A stretch of 64,000 nucleotides of DNA from Euryarchaeota archaeon RBG_19FT_COMBO_56_21 (GTDB lineage: Archaea > Thermoplasmatota > Thermoplasmata > UBA10834), in contig MGWC01000061.1 of the NCBI GenBank assembly GCA_001800815.1, positions 11,193-75,192 on the forward strand, in the 5' to 3' direction. Shown piece by piece: positions 53,461 through 62,767 of this stretch (position 1 is its first letter; each line of letters opens with the position of its first letter). The notes under the pieces are model-generated. The model saw nothing but the letters and a program-made list of their open reading frames with translations. It made no database searches and was not told the DNA's origin. Position numbers and translations under genes: made by a program.

Positions 53461-55131
53461 TTACTTCAGTTTTCTCACTTTCTTGTTTTTGAAGCCGCTT
53501 TCGATGTCCTCTGAGGCGGAGTCATCGTCTTCGAGCTCCGCTTCATCTGGTTTCTCACCGGCTTTCTCTTCCTCGGACTGGTCATAGACCGCCGGCGTGG
53601 TGGACGGGGAGATGAAGGTCCGGATCCGGAGCACCAACGCGACCCCGAATATGATGAATGTGAGGGCGAGGGCGAGCAGCATCATCGAGTGCGCCATGTC
53701 AAGCCCTTCGATGAAGCCCTCGAATGTCTGGCGCAGAGGAGTCAACTGGAACTCAATTATCTCAGTGGAGCCCTCGACCGCCTCCACCTTGCTGATCTCG
53801 AGGGGCATGTATCCAGTCTTCTCGAACCTGAGCGTGTAGTTGTCTGCTGGAAGCGCGGGGAACTCGAACTCGCCGTTGATGTCCGTGAAGACCGAACGAG
53901 GTTGGGGAGATAGGTCGATGACTGTGACAAGGACGTTCGCGAGCGGGGCGTTTGTCCGAGTATCCTTGACCGTCCCTCGGAGTCTGGCTCCTGGGAGTCC
54001 CGTCATGTTGAAGTTGAGCTGGGTGTCACTGCCAGGCAGGATTTCGACACTAGGGATTGTCTGGGTCTCATAACCTTGGATCGTTGCCGCAACGACATAG
54101 GCTCCAGCAGTCAGGTTCCTGATCTCGTAGTTGCCGTCAGCGCCTGACAATGTGAAGATATCGGTTCCCACGATGCTCACGTTGGCGCCTACTAGAAGGA
54201 CCTGGCCAGATCTAATCACTCCATAGAGTCGCGTCGGTCTCTCCGTGAGGTTCAGGTCTACTCCCAGTGTGCTACTACCTCTGGTGACCTTTACACCAGT
54301 AACGCTCGCGGGGAAAAACCCGTCGCGGGATGCTGTGACAGTATAGATCCCTTCTGGGACGTTGTTAGTGAAGTTATAGAAACCATCTGCATCGCTCGGT
54401 ACAGTGACAGTGATTCCCCCAATTTCGATGGAGACGTTGGTCGCATTAAGTGGGGTATGTAGCGCTGCGTGATATGTGCGTCCTGAGATTGATCCGCTCT
54501 GTGTGAGAAGCTCGAAGTTGGCCAATGAACTGTTCGCTATCGCCACGAAGACGTCCAGCGAGTGGGAAACGTATCCCTGCGCGCTCGCGGTCACGGAGTG
54601 GGTTCCTGCAGGCAGTCCGTCCAGCCTATACTCGCCAGTTGTTGGAGACGCAGAAGCAGAATACCCGAGGGAGATGATTGAGACGGTTGCACCGGAGATG
54701 TACCCGGTCGGACTAGTGACCGATCCGAGGATCGTGCTTCCATGGATGGTCAGTGTCACGTTCGTAGTCTGATTCTCGATTACTGCATCATAGCTGGGTA
54801 GGCTGTCCGAGTAGTTCGATTTGCTGGCAGAGAGTGTGTACGGTTTGTCCGTCTCGTTGGGAGCCAGGTTTTCGATCAGATAAGTCCCGTCCGTGTCCGT
54901 GACTCCAACAATGCTGCCGTTGAGCCTCACCGTCGCACCGGTCACAAGTCTCCCAACATTGTCTACGACAGTGACATTGATCGCTCCCAGGCCCGGGGTC
55001 TGCAGCATCGAAGCCGTTCTATGCTCGACGCCGGTCGGCGAAATGAGAATTCCAGCTCCGGTCGCTCCAAGAATGAGGACCAGTGCTGCAATCACCATTA
55101 TCAGGGGGCTCGAAATCACTTGTCTGGCCAT
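53461..55131 (-). CDS. cell-surface (S-layer-like) glycoprotein candidate with tandem carboxypeptidase-regulatory-like beta-sandwich repeats
   Basis: An N-terminal signal/anchor, then five or more repeats of the type GATV.L.G...T.DG.Y.I..L..G.Y.V.AS..GY. About 15 N-x-S/T sequons. A C-terminal TM helix and an acidic tail. Confidence 0.6.
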   Translation of the reverse strand: MARQVISSPLIMVIAALVLILGATGAGILISPTGVEHRTASMLQTPGLGAINVTVVDNVGRLVTGATVRLNGSIVGVTDTDGTYLIENLAPNETDKPYTLSASKSNYSDSLPSYDAVIENQTTNVTLTIHGSTILGSVTSPTGYISGATVSIISLGYSASASPTTGEYRLDGLPAGTHSVTASAQGYVSHSLDVFVAIANSSLANFELLTQSGSISGRTYHAALHTPLNATNVSIEIGGITVTVPSDADGFYNFTNNVPEGIYTVTASRDGFFPASVTGVKVTRGSSTLGVDLNLTERPTRLYGVIRSGQVLLVGANVSIVGTDIFTLSGADGNYEIRNLTAGAYVVAATIQGYETQTIPSVEILPGSDTQLNFNMTGLPGARLRGTVKDTRTNAPLANVLVTVIDLSPQPRSVFTDINGEFEFPALPADNYTLRFEKTGYMPLEISKVEAVEGSTEIIEFQLTPLRQTFEGFIEGLDMAHSMMLLALALTFIIFGVALVLRIRTFISPSTTPAVYDQSEEEKAGEKPDEAELEDDDSASEDIESGFKNKKVRKLK

Positions 55132-55264
55132 CGGAGATCCGTGTTCGTTCCTATCGGTTCGTTTACATAAATACATTTCCCGCTGCAAGAGCTTTTTCGG
55201 CCTCTTCTGAAAACGTATTAATATGTACGAAGGATAAGGAAATGGAATTTGACGGTCAGTTCAC

Positions 55265-58200
55265 ATGGTCACCAGAATTGAGGATAAGGGAACCACGGAC
55301 CAGGTAATGTCCCTGATGCATCCGACTGTGTCAGACTGGTTCAGGTCGAAGTTCGAGGAGGTCACCGAGGCCCAGGGCATGGCAGTGCCCCTCATCCATG
55401 CCCGCAGAAATGTCGTCGTGTCGTCCCCGACGGGGTCAGGCAAGACACTGACCGCATTCCTCTCCATACTCAACGAGCTGATACTGCTGGCAGAGAGGGG
55501 GCAGCTGGAGGACAGGATCTACGCGGTCTATGTGTCACCTCTCAAGGCTCTGGCTAACGACATCAACGAGAACCTCATCAAGCCCTTGTCGGAGATATCC
55601 GAGCTCTTCAGGACAAAGGGCCTGGCGCCTCCAGATGTTAAGGTGGCCGTCAGGACGGGCGATACCCTTCCGAGCGAGAGGCAGAGACAGGCGCGCTCTC
55701 CCCCTCACATATTCATCACAACTCCGGAGTCCCTGTCCCTCGTACTGGCAAGTCCGGTATTCAGCACCAAATTCGCCGGTGTGGACTATGTCATCGTGGA
55801 CGAGGTGCACGAGATATGCGATTCGAAGCGGGGTGTGGCTCTCTCGCTCGCCCTCGAGCGGCTCCAAAATCTGTGCAAGAAGGAGTTCGTCAGAATTGGA
55901 CTCTCTGCGACGGTTGCCCCGCTCGAGCAGGTCGCGGAGTACCTGGCGGGACTCAGCGGCGGCAGACCCCGGGAGATCAACATAGTCGAGGTGTTCAAAC
56001 AGCGCGACCTCGACCTGAAGGTGCTCTGCCCGACCAAGGATATGACCGCCCTCTCGTTCGAAGTGGTCAACTCGAAGATGTACGACATGCTGAAGGACAT
56101 GATCAACCAGCACAAGACCACCCTGGTTTTCACGAACACCAGGAGCGGGGCCGAGAGCGTTGTGTACAAGCTCAAGGAGCGGGGGCTCGAAGACATAGGT
56201 ACGCATCACGGGAGCTTGAGCAGAGAGACCAGGATGGATGTAGAGGGAAGCCTGAGGAACGGGCTTCTGAAGGCAGTGGTCTCCTCCACGTCTCTGGAAC
56301 TCGGAATCGACATCGGTTCCATCGACCTCGTTGTCCAGATAGGATCACCCAAGTCGGTAGCAAAGGGCTTGCAGCGGGTCGGCAGGGCAGGTCACCAATA
56401 CGGTGGCACATCGACAGGTAGGATGGTGGTCTTCGAGAGTGACGACTTGGTTGAGTGCGCTGTGCTCTGCAGGGCGGCTCACAGGAAGATGATAGACCGG
56501 GTGACGATCCCGGTCAATTCGTTGGATGTGCTCGCTCAGACTCTCGTGGGGATGTCCATTGAGCGCCGGTGGAAGGTCGAGGATGCTTTCGACCTGATCA
56601 GGCGCTCGTACTGTTACAGGGACTTGTCGCTGGAGCGGTTCGACAGCGTCCTGAATTACCTTGGCGGGAAGGAGCAGTTCGAGGGCATCTACTCGAAACT
56701 CTGGTACGACGACAAGGAACGCGTGTTCGGCAAGAAGCGCGGGGCCAGGATGATCTACTACCTCAACCAGGGAACGATCCCCGAGGAGGCGGACTATCAG
56801 GTCTACTCTGAGCGCGGCTCGCCTGTGGGCTCCCTCTCCGAGAAATTCGTGGAGCGCCTCTCACAGGGCGACATCTTCGTCCTTGGAGGGAGGAGCTACG
56901 AGTTCATCAAGTCCAAAGCGGCCAAGGTGTTCGTCAAGAGCGCCAGCGGGCGCAAGCCAACGGTCCCTTCCTGGACCGGTGAGATGCTGCCCAGGAGCTT
57001 CGACCTATCTGTGGCCATCGGCCAATTCCGTGGGGAGATGGAGCAACGCCTCGGGACGATGCCCGAGCAGGCAATCGCAGGATGGCTGAGAGAGGAATTC
57101 GACCTGGACGAGGGTTCATCGACGACTATTGTCAACTACTTCAAGGAGCAGAAGGCAGTCGCGATAGTGCCGACGGACTCGAGGCTTCTGGTTGAAGGCT
57201 ACGTCGACGCAACAGGCAACAAGAGCGCCATCTTCCACTTCCCATTCGGCAGGCGTGTGAACGACGCCCTCAGCAGGGCCTACGCATCGGTCCTATCAGA
57301 CAGGTTGCGGTCTAACGTGACCGTATCGGTGACGGACGACAGCTTCATGGTCACGGTGCCCAGGAGCTTCAAGCTTGAGGAGCTTGGCGACATGCTGCGC
57401 TCAGAGAGCTTGGAGAAGATTCTGAGAAACGCAGTTCGAGATTCCGAACTGTTCTCACAGCGTTTCAGACACGTCGCGACCAGGAGCTTCATGGTCCTCA
57501 GGAACTACAAGGGAAAGGTACTCTCTGTGTCCAGACAACAGCTCCGGTCGAGCCGCCTCCTGGACGCTCTCCACGAACTCGAGAAGTTCCCTGTCATTGC
57601 TGAGACCTATGAGGAGATACTCACCGAGGTCATGGACATGGAGCACGCGAGGGAGGTGCTCGCATCCATAGAGAGAGGAGAGAGGAGGATCGAGTATCTG
57701 CCATTCTCGGGCGTGCCCTCCCCATTCGCGCACAATGTGATCCTCGTGGGCGTGTCCGACATCGTGCTCATGGAGGACAGGAGCATGCTGCTCAGGGAGC
57801 TCCACAGGAAGGTGCTCGAACGGGCTCTCGGGGAAGAGGCGGTATCCGAGTATCAGTTCGATCCAGATGTTGTCGAGGAGTACTACGCTGCGAAGTTCCC
57901 CCGGATCGAATCCAAGGAGGACATCATCGGGGCACTCCGTATGGTCGGACCGATGAACATCTTCAGGGAAAAGGGGGAGAACATCTTCTCGCATTCGAAG
58001 ATGTCGTTCGACAAGCTGAGATCATGGGGGACAGAGCTTCTCAGGGAAGGCAGGATACGTTCGGTCTGGATAGGAGAGGATCTGTACGTCTCGTCAGAGG
58101 AGTATCCGCTCTACGCGTGCCTTCACTCGCGCCAGGTCGACCAGAGCCCGAGCGAGAAGGCGATCGTAGACGAACTCAGGAATTCTCCCAGGACCCAGAG

Positions 58201-60655
58201 CGAACTCATGGGGCTCGTCAAGCTCGATAAGGAAGCGACGAGGGAGTCATTAAGGAAGCTCGAGACCGCGAACATCGTCTTCAGATCGGACATGAAGGGC
58301 CAGGCCGCGGTCTATTCCCTCGGGGAGTTCGAGTCGATGCCCAGGAAGGACTGTCTCACTGAGGCGGTGTCTAGGCATCTCGCATACCATGCCCCGATAA
58401 CGGTCGATGACCTCGCGTACGAGGTCGGAACAACTGAGCAAGAAGCGGAGGAGGCCCTCAACGAACTGGCCATGGACGAAATCGTCGTCTCAGGTCGTTT
58501 CGTTGTGGGCGAGCAACAGCAGTTCATGTTGGCGAGGGACTACCTCCACCTGAAGGCCAAAGGCCAGCCCGTCTACGACAGGGAGACCGTACGAGCGTAT
58601 TCAGAGAGGAAGCAGTTCGGCAAAGTGGGCTCGGTCGGGGAGTTCTTCGACAAGTTCGGCGAGGCCGGGATGATATACGACATCTTCCAGCGGGTCGACG
58701 GATTCGACATGCAGGAGTTCGGAGAGCTCCGCAGCAATGGGGAGATACTGCTCGGGAGGTTCGTGCGAGGTAGGCTGCGTTATGTGCTTGCGGAAGACGC
58801 CCCACACTTCCTAGGCGTGTATCGGCGCACGAAACTGGACAGATACGAATCCGAGATAGTGCGGACCATTGAGAGGCTTGGTTCAGGGACATTCCAGGAG
58901 ATCGCAGAAGCGACTGGCTTTCCCCCAGATCTGATGAGGGAGCACTTTGATTCCCTCGACAGGAAGGGGTATATTCTCAGAGAGTACGACGAGGCCGAGT
59001 CGTGGAGTTCTCGGAACGTGTACACTGTCTGCAAATTGGAGCCGGAGATCGAGAACCCTTACGAGCGCGTCGTCAGGAAATATCTGAGGGGTTTTGGTCC
59101 GGTGACGGTGCTCCAAGCAGCGTCTTATCTGGGTGTCGATCCGAGTGAGGCCGAGACTCTCCTTCGGGGCACTGATGCGAAGAGCATATTCGTGGGCCTC
59201 GAACGGACGGAGATGTTCATCCTGCCTGATGAGCTCAGAGAGCTCGATCATGAGCACGTTCCCGACGAGACGCTGCGGATCCTTTCGCTTTACGATTCGT
59301 TCTTGAGCGACAAATGGACCGAGATAACTTCGAGGTTCGGCGAGGGATGGATATTCCCCCTTGTCAGACATGGCAGAATCGTGGGCATGGTCGAGAAGTG
59401 GCTGCTGGCAGGCTCAGTCGAGATCCGCGAGATCTTGCTGGACGATCCGGACGCACTCCCGCAGCTGATCCATTCGCTGGACTCGATGATGTCATTCTAC
59501 AACGCGCTCGGCGTGGAGATCATACGAGTACGGAGCATACTTGGGACGGACATATCCGAAGTCAAGGACGAGCTCAAGTCTGAGTTTCTCAAGCACGGCT
59601 ACTCCGAATCGAACGGAATGTTGGTCAAGGGCAGGCTGGTCACGGAGTGTTTTGACCTTCAGCAGATTCTGGACGTCGCATTCTCCATGCAACACATGAC
59701 CAGTGCGTCGAAGTTCAAGGACATGAATCAGGCGCTCGAGGCCTACGGAGGTCTGAGGTCAAACCAGGAGGCACTTCTTCGAGTCAAGAAGTTCGAGCCA
59801 CTCCCGAAGCTCCTGAAGCGCGGATTGGTCTTCAGAGGACATCTCATACCGGACCGAGTCGGCTTCTGTCCTCCCCAGGCAGCCAGTTTGTACAGATCGG
59901 CGAGGATCAGGGACCTCAGCGCAGATGAGAAGATCATCATGCGCATCATCAAGGACCAGGAGCCAGTCAAGAGGGACCGACTGCTTGATCTGTCCCCTCT
60001 CGGTCATGACGACACGATCGAGGCGCTCAAGGCGTTGTACAGTTCTTCCAGGGTCTACATCGACAACTCTAATGCGTATGTCTCATCCAAGCGACAGAGG
60101 ACTTCTAGAGAGGCCGCTTGGACAATGGTGATTGGGCGCGTGTTCGACAGCTTCGGGATATTGAGCGCAGAGTCTCTGGCGTTCCTGCTTGGCCACGAGA
60201 TACCGATGCGCGAGCTAAGGCGCTATCTGAGGAAACTCGAGGATGATGGAAGACTGGTCAAAGGCTACATCCTGCGAGGATCTGGGACCTTGCACTGGGC
60301 CAGCGCGAACGCCCTCGAGCTGCTCGGTAAGTCAAGGTTCTCAGAGACATTCGTCCTGTCCCCAGGAGACATGTTCACCCAGTATCTCAGGGCCACCTTC
60401 CGCAACTTGCTGCCTGAAACCGGCAGGTTCGCAATATTCCGCGGCACGGAACTCATCGGATCGTTTGAGGGGAGGCTGAAGGGCGGCACCCTCGAGATAT
60501 CGGGACCGCAGGGCGAGCCCGGATGCGAGAAGATCATATCGGACTATGCGAAGAGGCTCGGCCTCGCCGCCTCTGAGCGCGAGGAGGGACGGATGTCCGA
60601 GTGGGAGATCATCGATTTCTACCAGAGGACTCATCCTGGCATGGGCGCAGACTGA
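55265..60655 (+). CDS. lhr: Lhr-type superfamily 2 helicase with very long C-terminal extension (1796 aa)
   Basis: Motif I SSPTGSGKT, motif II VIVDEVHE, motif III LSATV, motif VI QRVGRAGH, then an Lhr WH / DEAD_assoc-like region (LDVLAQTLVGM...). About 900 further residues contain repeated wHTH-like modules and a YcaQ/AlkZ-like segment (VRKYLRGFGPVTVLQAASYLGV). The start may be the Met at 55307. Confidence 0.8.
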   Translation: MVTRIEDKGTTDQVMSLMHPTVSDWFRSKFEEVTEAQGMAVPLIHARRNVVVSSPTGSGKTLTAFLSILNELILLAERGQLEDRIYAVYVSPLKALANDINENLIKPLSEISELFRTKGLAPPDVKVAVRTGDTLPSERQRQARSPPHIFITTPESLSLVLASPVFSTKFAGVDYVIVDEVHEICDSKRGVALSLALERLQNLCKKEFVRIGLSATVAPLEQVAEYLAGLSGGRPREINIVEVFKQRDLDLKVLCPTKDMTALSFEVVNSKMYDMLKDMINQHKTTLVFTNTRSGAESVVYKLKERGLEDIGTHHGSLSRETRMDVEGSLRNGLLKAVVSSTSLELGIDIGSIDLVVQIGSPKSVAKGLQRVGRAGHQYGGTSTGRMVVFESDDLVECAVLCRAAHRKMIDRVTIPVNSLDVLAQTLVGMSIERRWKVEDAFDLIRRSYCYRDLSLERFDSVLNYLGGKEQFEGIYSKLWYDDKERVFGKKRGARMIYYLNQGTIPEEADYQVYSERGSPVGSLSEKFVERLSQGDIFVLGGRSYEFIKSKAAKVFVKSASGRKPTVPSWTGEMLPRSFDLSVAIGQFRGEMEQRLGTMPEQAIAGWLREEFDLDEGSSTTIVNYFKEQKAVAIVPTDSRLLVEGYVDATGNKSAIFHFPFGRRVNDALSRAYASVLSDRLRSNVTVSVTDDSFMVTVPRSFKLEELGDMLRSESLEKILRNAVRDSELFSQRFRHVATRSFMVLRNYKGKVLSVSRQQLRSSRLLDALHELEKFPVIAETYEEILTEVMDMEHAREVLASIERGERRIEYLPFSGVPSPFAHNVILVGVSDIVLMEDRSMLLRELHRKVLERALGEEAVSEYQFDPDVVEEYYAAKFPRIESKEDIIGALRMVGPMNIFREKGENIFSHSKMSFDKLRSWGTELLREGRIRSVWIGEDLYVSSEEYPLYACLHSRQVDQSPSEKAIVDELRNSPRTQSELMGLVKLDKEATRESLRKLETANIVFRSDMKGQAAVYSLGEFESMPRKDCLTEAVSRHLAYHAPITVDDLAYEVGTTEQEAEEALNELAMDEIVVSGRFVVGEQQQFMLARDYLHLKAKGQPVYDRETVRAYSERKQFGKVGSVGEFFDKFGEAGMIYDIFQRVDGFDMQEFGELRSNGEILLGRFVRGRLRYVLAEDAPHFLGVYRRTKLDRYESEIVRTIERLGSGTFQEIAEATGFPPDLMREHFDSLDRKGYILREYDEAESWSSRNVYTVCKLEPEIENPYERVVRKYLRGFGPVTVLQAASYLGVDPSEAETLLRGTDAKSIFVGLERTEMFILPDELRELDHEHVPDETLRILSLYDSFLSDKWTEITSRFGEGWIFPLVRHGRIVGMVEKWLLAGSVEIREILLDDPDALPQLIHSLDSMMSFYNALGVEIIRVRSILGTDISEVKDELKSEFLKHGYSESNGMLVKGRLVTECFDLQQILDVAFSMQHMTSASKFKDMNQALEAYGGLRSNQEALLRVKKFEPLPKLLKRGLVFRGHLIPDRVGFCPPQAASLYRSARIRDLSADEKIIMRIIKDQEPVKRDRLLDLSPLGHDDTIEALKALYSSSRVYIDNSNAYVSSKRQRTSREAAWTMVIGRVFDSFGILSAESLAFLLGHEIPMRELRRYLRKLEDDGRLVKGYILRGSGTLHWASANALELLGKSRFSETFVLSPGDMFTQYLRATFRNLLPETGRFAIFRGTELIGSFEGRLKGGTLEISGPQGEPGCEKIISDYAKRLGLAASEREEGRMSEWEIIDFYQRTHPGMGAD

Positions 60656-60670
60656 GATTGGACAAGAATA

Positions 60671-61249
60671 ATGTACGTGCCCGCGCTATGCCAATTCGTG
60701 GTCGACATCGCTTTTCTAGCGGACGATCCTGTCCCATCTCTGACGCTTGTCGTGGGGGGCCTGCTGTCTATAGCTATTGCGATGTACGGCCATCGCGAGG
60801 ACTCATACTGGGATGAGGTGGGGACGTTCTTCGCGTTTCTGCTTGGTGCCGCGATGTTCGTCATAGCCTTCGCCGCGTGGTCCGAGGACGCCGTCAATTG
60901 GCTCACGCTTTTGATCATTGTGATTCTTGCCCTGACGCTCTTCCTAAAGCCAATGAGGGAGATACCTTGGGCCGCCATCATGGGGGCGCTCGCGGGCGGT
61001 GCGGTGGCCGCGATAGCGTCCTTCTTCTTGCCTTCAGAGGTTTTCGGAATTGAGGAGTGGATAGTGCTCCTGGTCATCTTTCTGGTGGTTGGAACGATCA
61101 CTCATTTCTTCTTCCACTTCATCGAGGACTTGTTGTTGGTCGCCAGGATGGTCCTTGATTGGAAGCCAACGATGGTGATCGTCGGGCTAGTCGCTATAGC
61201 CGAGGGCATCCTGATACTGATGGACATGTCGATACTATCGTACTTCTGA
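60671..61249 (+). CDS. hypothetical polytopic membrane protein
   Basis: Five or six hydrophobic helices. It starts 15 nt after the lhr stop. No family recognised. Confidence 0.45.
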   Translation: MYVPALCQFVVDIAFLADDPVPSLTLVVGGLLSIAIAMYGHREDSYWDEVGTFFAFLLGAAMFVIAFAAWSEDAVNWLTLLIIVILALTLFLKPMREIPWAAIMGALAGGAVAAIASFFLPSEVFGIEEWIVLLVIFLVVGTITHFFFHFIEDLLLVARMVLDWKPTMVIVGLVAIAEGILILMDMSILSYF

Positions 61250-62089
61250 GAATGCGCATGCGTTCTCGTGAGCTGCGGACCTCTCGTTGAAATACAGATA
61301 CTCTTGAGCGTAGCCTGCATACTCTCCGAACCTCTCGAAGGCAAATTCGCTGAGCTTTCGGTACGATCCTTTTACATGATACAGCCGGCCGAGCGCACGT
61401 ACAATCCAAACGTCAATCGGGAACGCCTCTAGCTTTCCGAAGCCGAACAGCGAAACGCAGTCCGAGACCTTCTCGCCGACACCATGTAGTTCCAGGAGTC
61501 TGTCCTTCAGATCCGGATACTCCAACCTGGTCATGGATTTCAGCTCGTTCGGCGTGAGCGACTCGCACAGTCCAGCAACGTACTTTGCCCGGTACCCGAG
61601 ACCGCATTTCTCGAGATCCTTCTCCGAGGCCTCTCCGAGTCTTCTGATCGTAGGGAATGCGTGTTCTCCGCCACGGATGGGTTCTCCGTAATCCGTGCAG
61701 AGCCTATCGATCATCTTCTTGATACGCGGTATGTTGGCATAGGTCGCCAGCGTGTAGCTGACAAGACATTCCCACTCATCCATCTTGACGATTCTAAGTC
61801 CTCGGTATCTCTTCATCCCTCTGGTCAGGGTCTGATCCTTGGCCAAGGCACGTTGGATTCTGGCGATGTCGTCATCAGCCCGTAGATACCCTCGGACCAG
61901 CCTCACTACATTCTGGTCGTCGGTACATGCGTTGATAGCTACTGATCCGGATGACTGCCGTAAGGTCAGCATGTGTTTTCCGACAACGCCTGTCCAGAAA
62001 CCTTGCTCCAGCTCCTTCCACCGAAAAGCCTGACCGCAATCAAGAGTCAGTGTGAGGTCTAGCGGACGGATATCTGTCTCAAACATCAT
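61235..62089 (-). CDS. ogg: 8-oxoguanine DNA glycosylase / AP lyase (Ogg1-type HhH-GPD)
   Basis: LDCGQAFRW, GLGYRAKYV, the HhH with catalytic Lys LHGVGEKVSDCV, and the Asp in FPIDVW. Confidence 0.8.
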   Translation of the reverse strand: MMFETDIRPLDLTLTLDCGQAFRWKELEQGFWTGVVGKHMLTLRQSSGSVAINACTDDQNVVRLVRGYLRADDDIARIQRALAKDQTLTRGMKRYRGLRIVKMDEWECLVSYTLATYANIPRIKKMIDRLCTDYGEPIRGGEHAFPTIRRLGEASEKDLEKCGLGYRAKYVAGLCESLTPNELKSMTRLEYPDLKDRLLELHGVGEKVSDCVSLFGFGKLEAFPIDVWIVRALGRLYHVKGSYRKLSEFAFERFGEYAGYAQEYLYFNERSAAHENACAFSEVR

Positions 62090-62109
62090 TCAGAAGAACT
62101 TCCCGCAAA

Positions 62110-62592
62110 TCATCTCTTGTATCCAATCATCCGTAGGAACGCTTTCCTGTCGTCAGCGTCCTTCGCCGTCTCGACGCCCTTCGGCCCCTCGCCGTCAATC
62201 ACTCCCAGGATACCTCTTCCTCGTTCGTTCTCAGCGACGATGACGTCAACGGGGTTCGCGGTGGCGCAGAAGATAGAACAGACTTCCTGCAGGTCCTTGA
62301 TCCTGTTGAGCACGTTGATTGGATAGGCGTTCTCGAGTACGATGATGAAGGAATGACCTGCGCCAATCCTCCCGGCGTTATCAGCAGCCACTTTCTTGAG
62401 GCGTTCGTCGTTTCCCTCAACTCGTATCAGGCACGGTCCTGACGCCTCGCAGAATGCCAGCCCGAACTTGGCTCCCGGAACAGTGCTCACGATGGCCTCG
62501 TAGAGGTCCTCTGCAGTCTTGATGAAGTGAGTCTGGCCAATAATCACGTTTGCGTTCTCTGGGATCTCGACCTTCACCGATTTGATGTCCAT
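62110..62592 (-). CDS. adenosine-specific kinase family protein (PF04008-like)
   Basis: NVIIGQTHFIKTAEDLYEAI...KFGLAFCEASGPCLIRVEGND matches this roughly 160-aa family. The Met at 62592 is preferred over the tracked start at 62679. Confidence 0.7.
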   Translation of the reverse strand: MDIKSVKVEIPENANVIIGQTHFIKTAEDLYEAIVSTVPGAKFGLAFCEASGPCLIRVEGNDERLKKVAADNAGRIGAGHSFIIVLENAYPINVLNRIKDLQEVCSIFCATANPVDVIVAENERGRGILGVIDGEGPKGVETAKDADDRKAFLRMIGYKR

Positions 62593-62767
62593 CTCTACCC
62601 CCGTCTCCACAACAACAATCGCGTGGAAATAGATTTCTCCGGACGCCAGTTGTGGTCGTGAACATGCGCTGGAAAACAACCGTTATCGGAAATCGAAATC
62701 AAAACGATTAACTATATATCCAGGCATATCGTAAACCGCATCTGAAATCAGAAGGAGGCCCCTCTAG

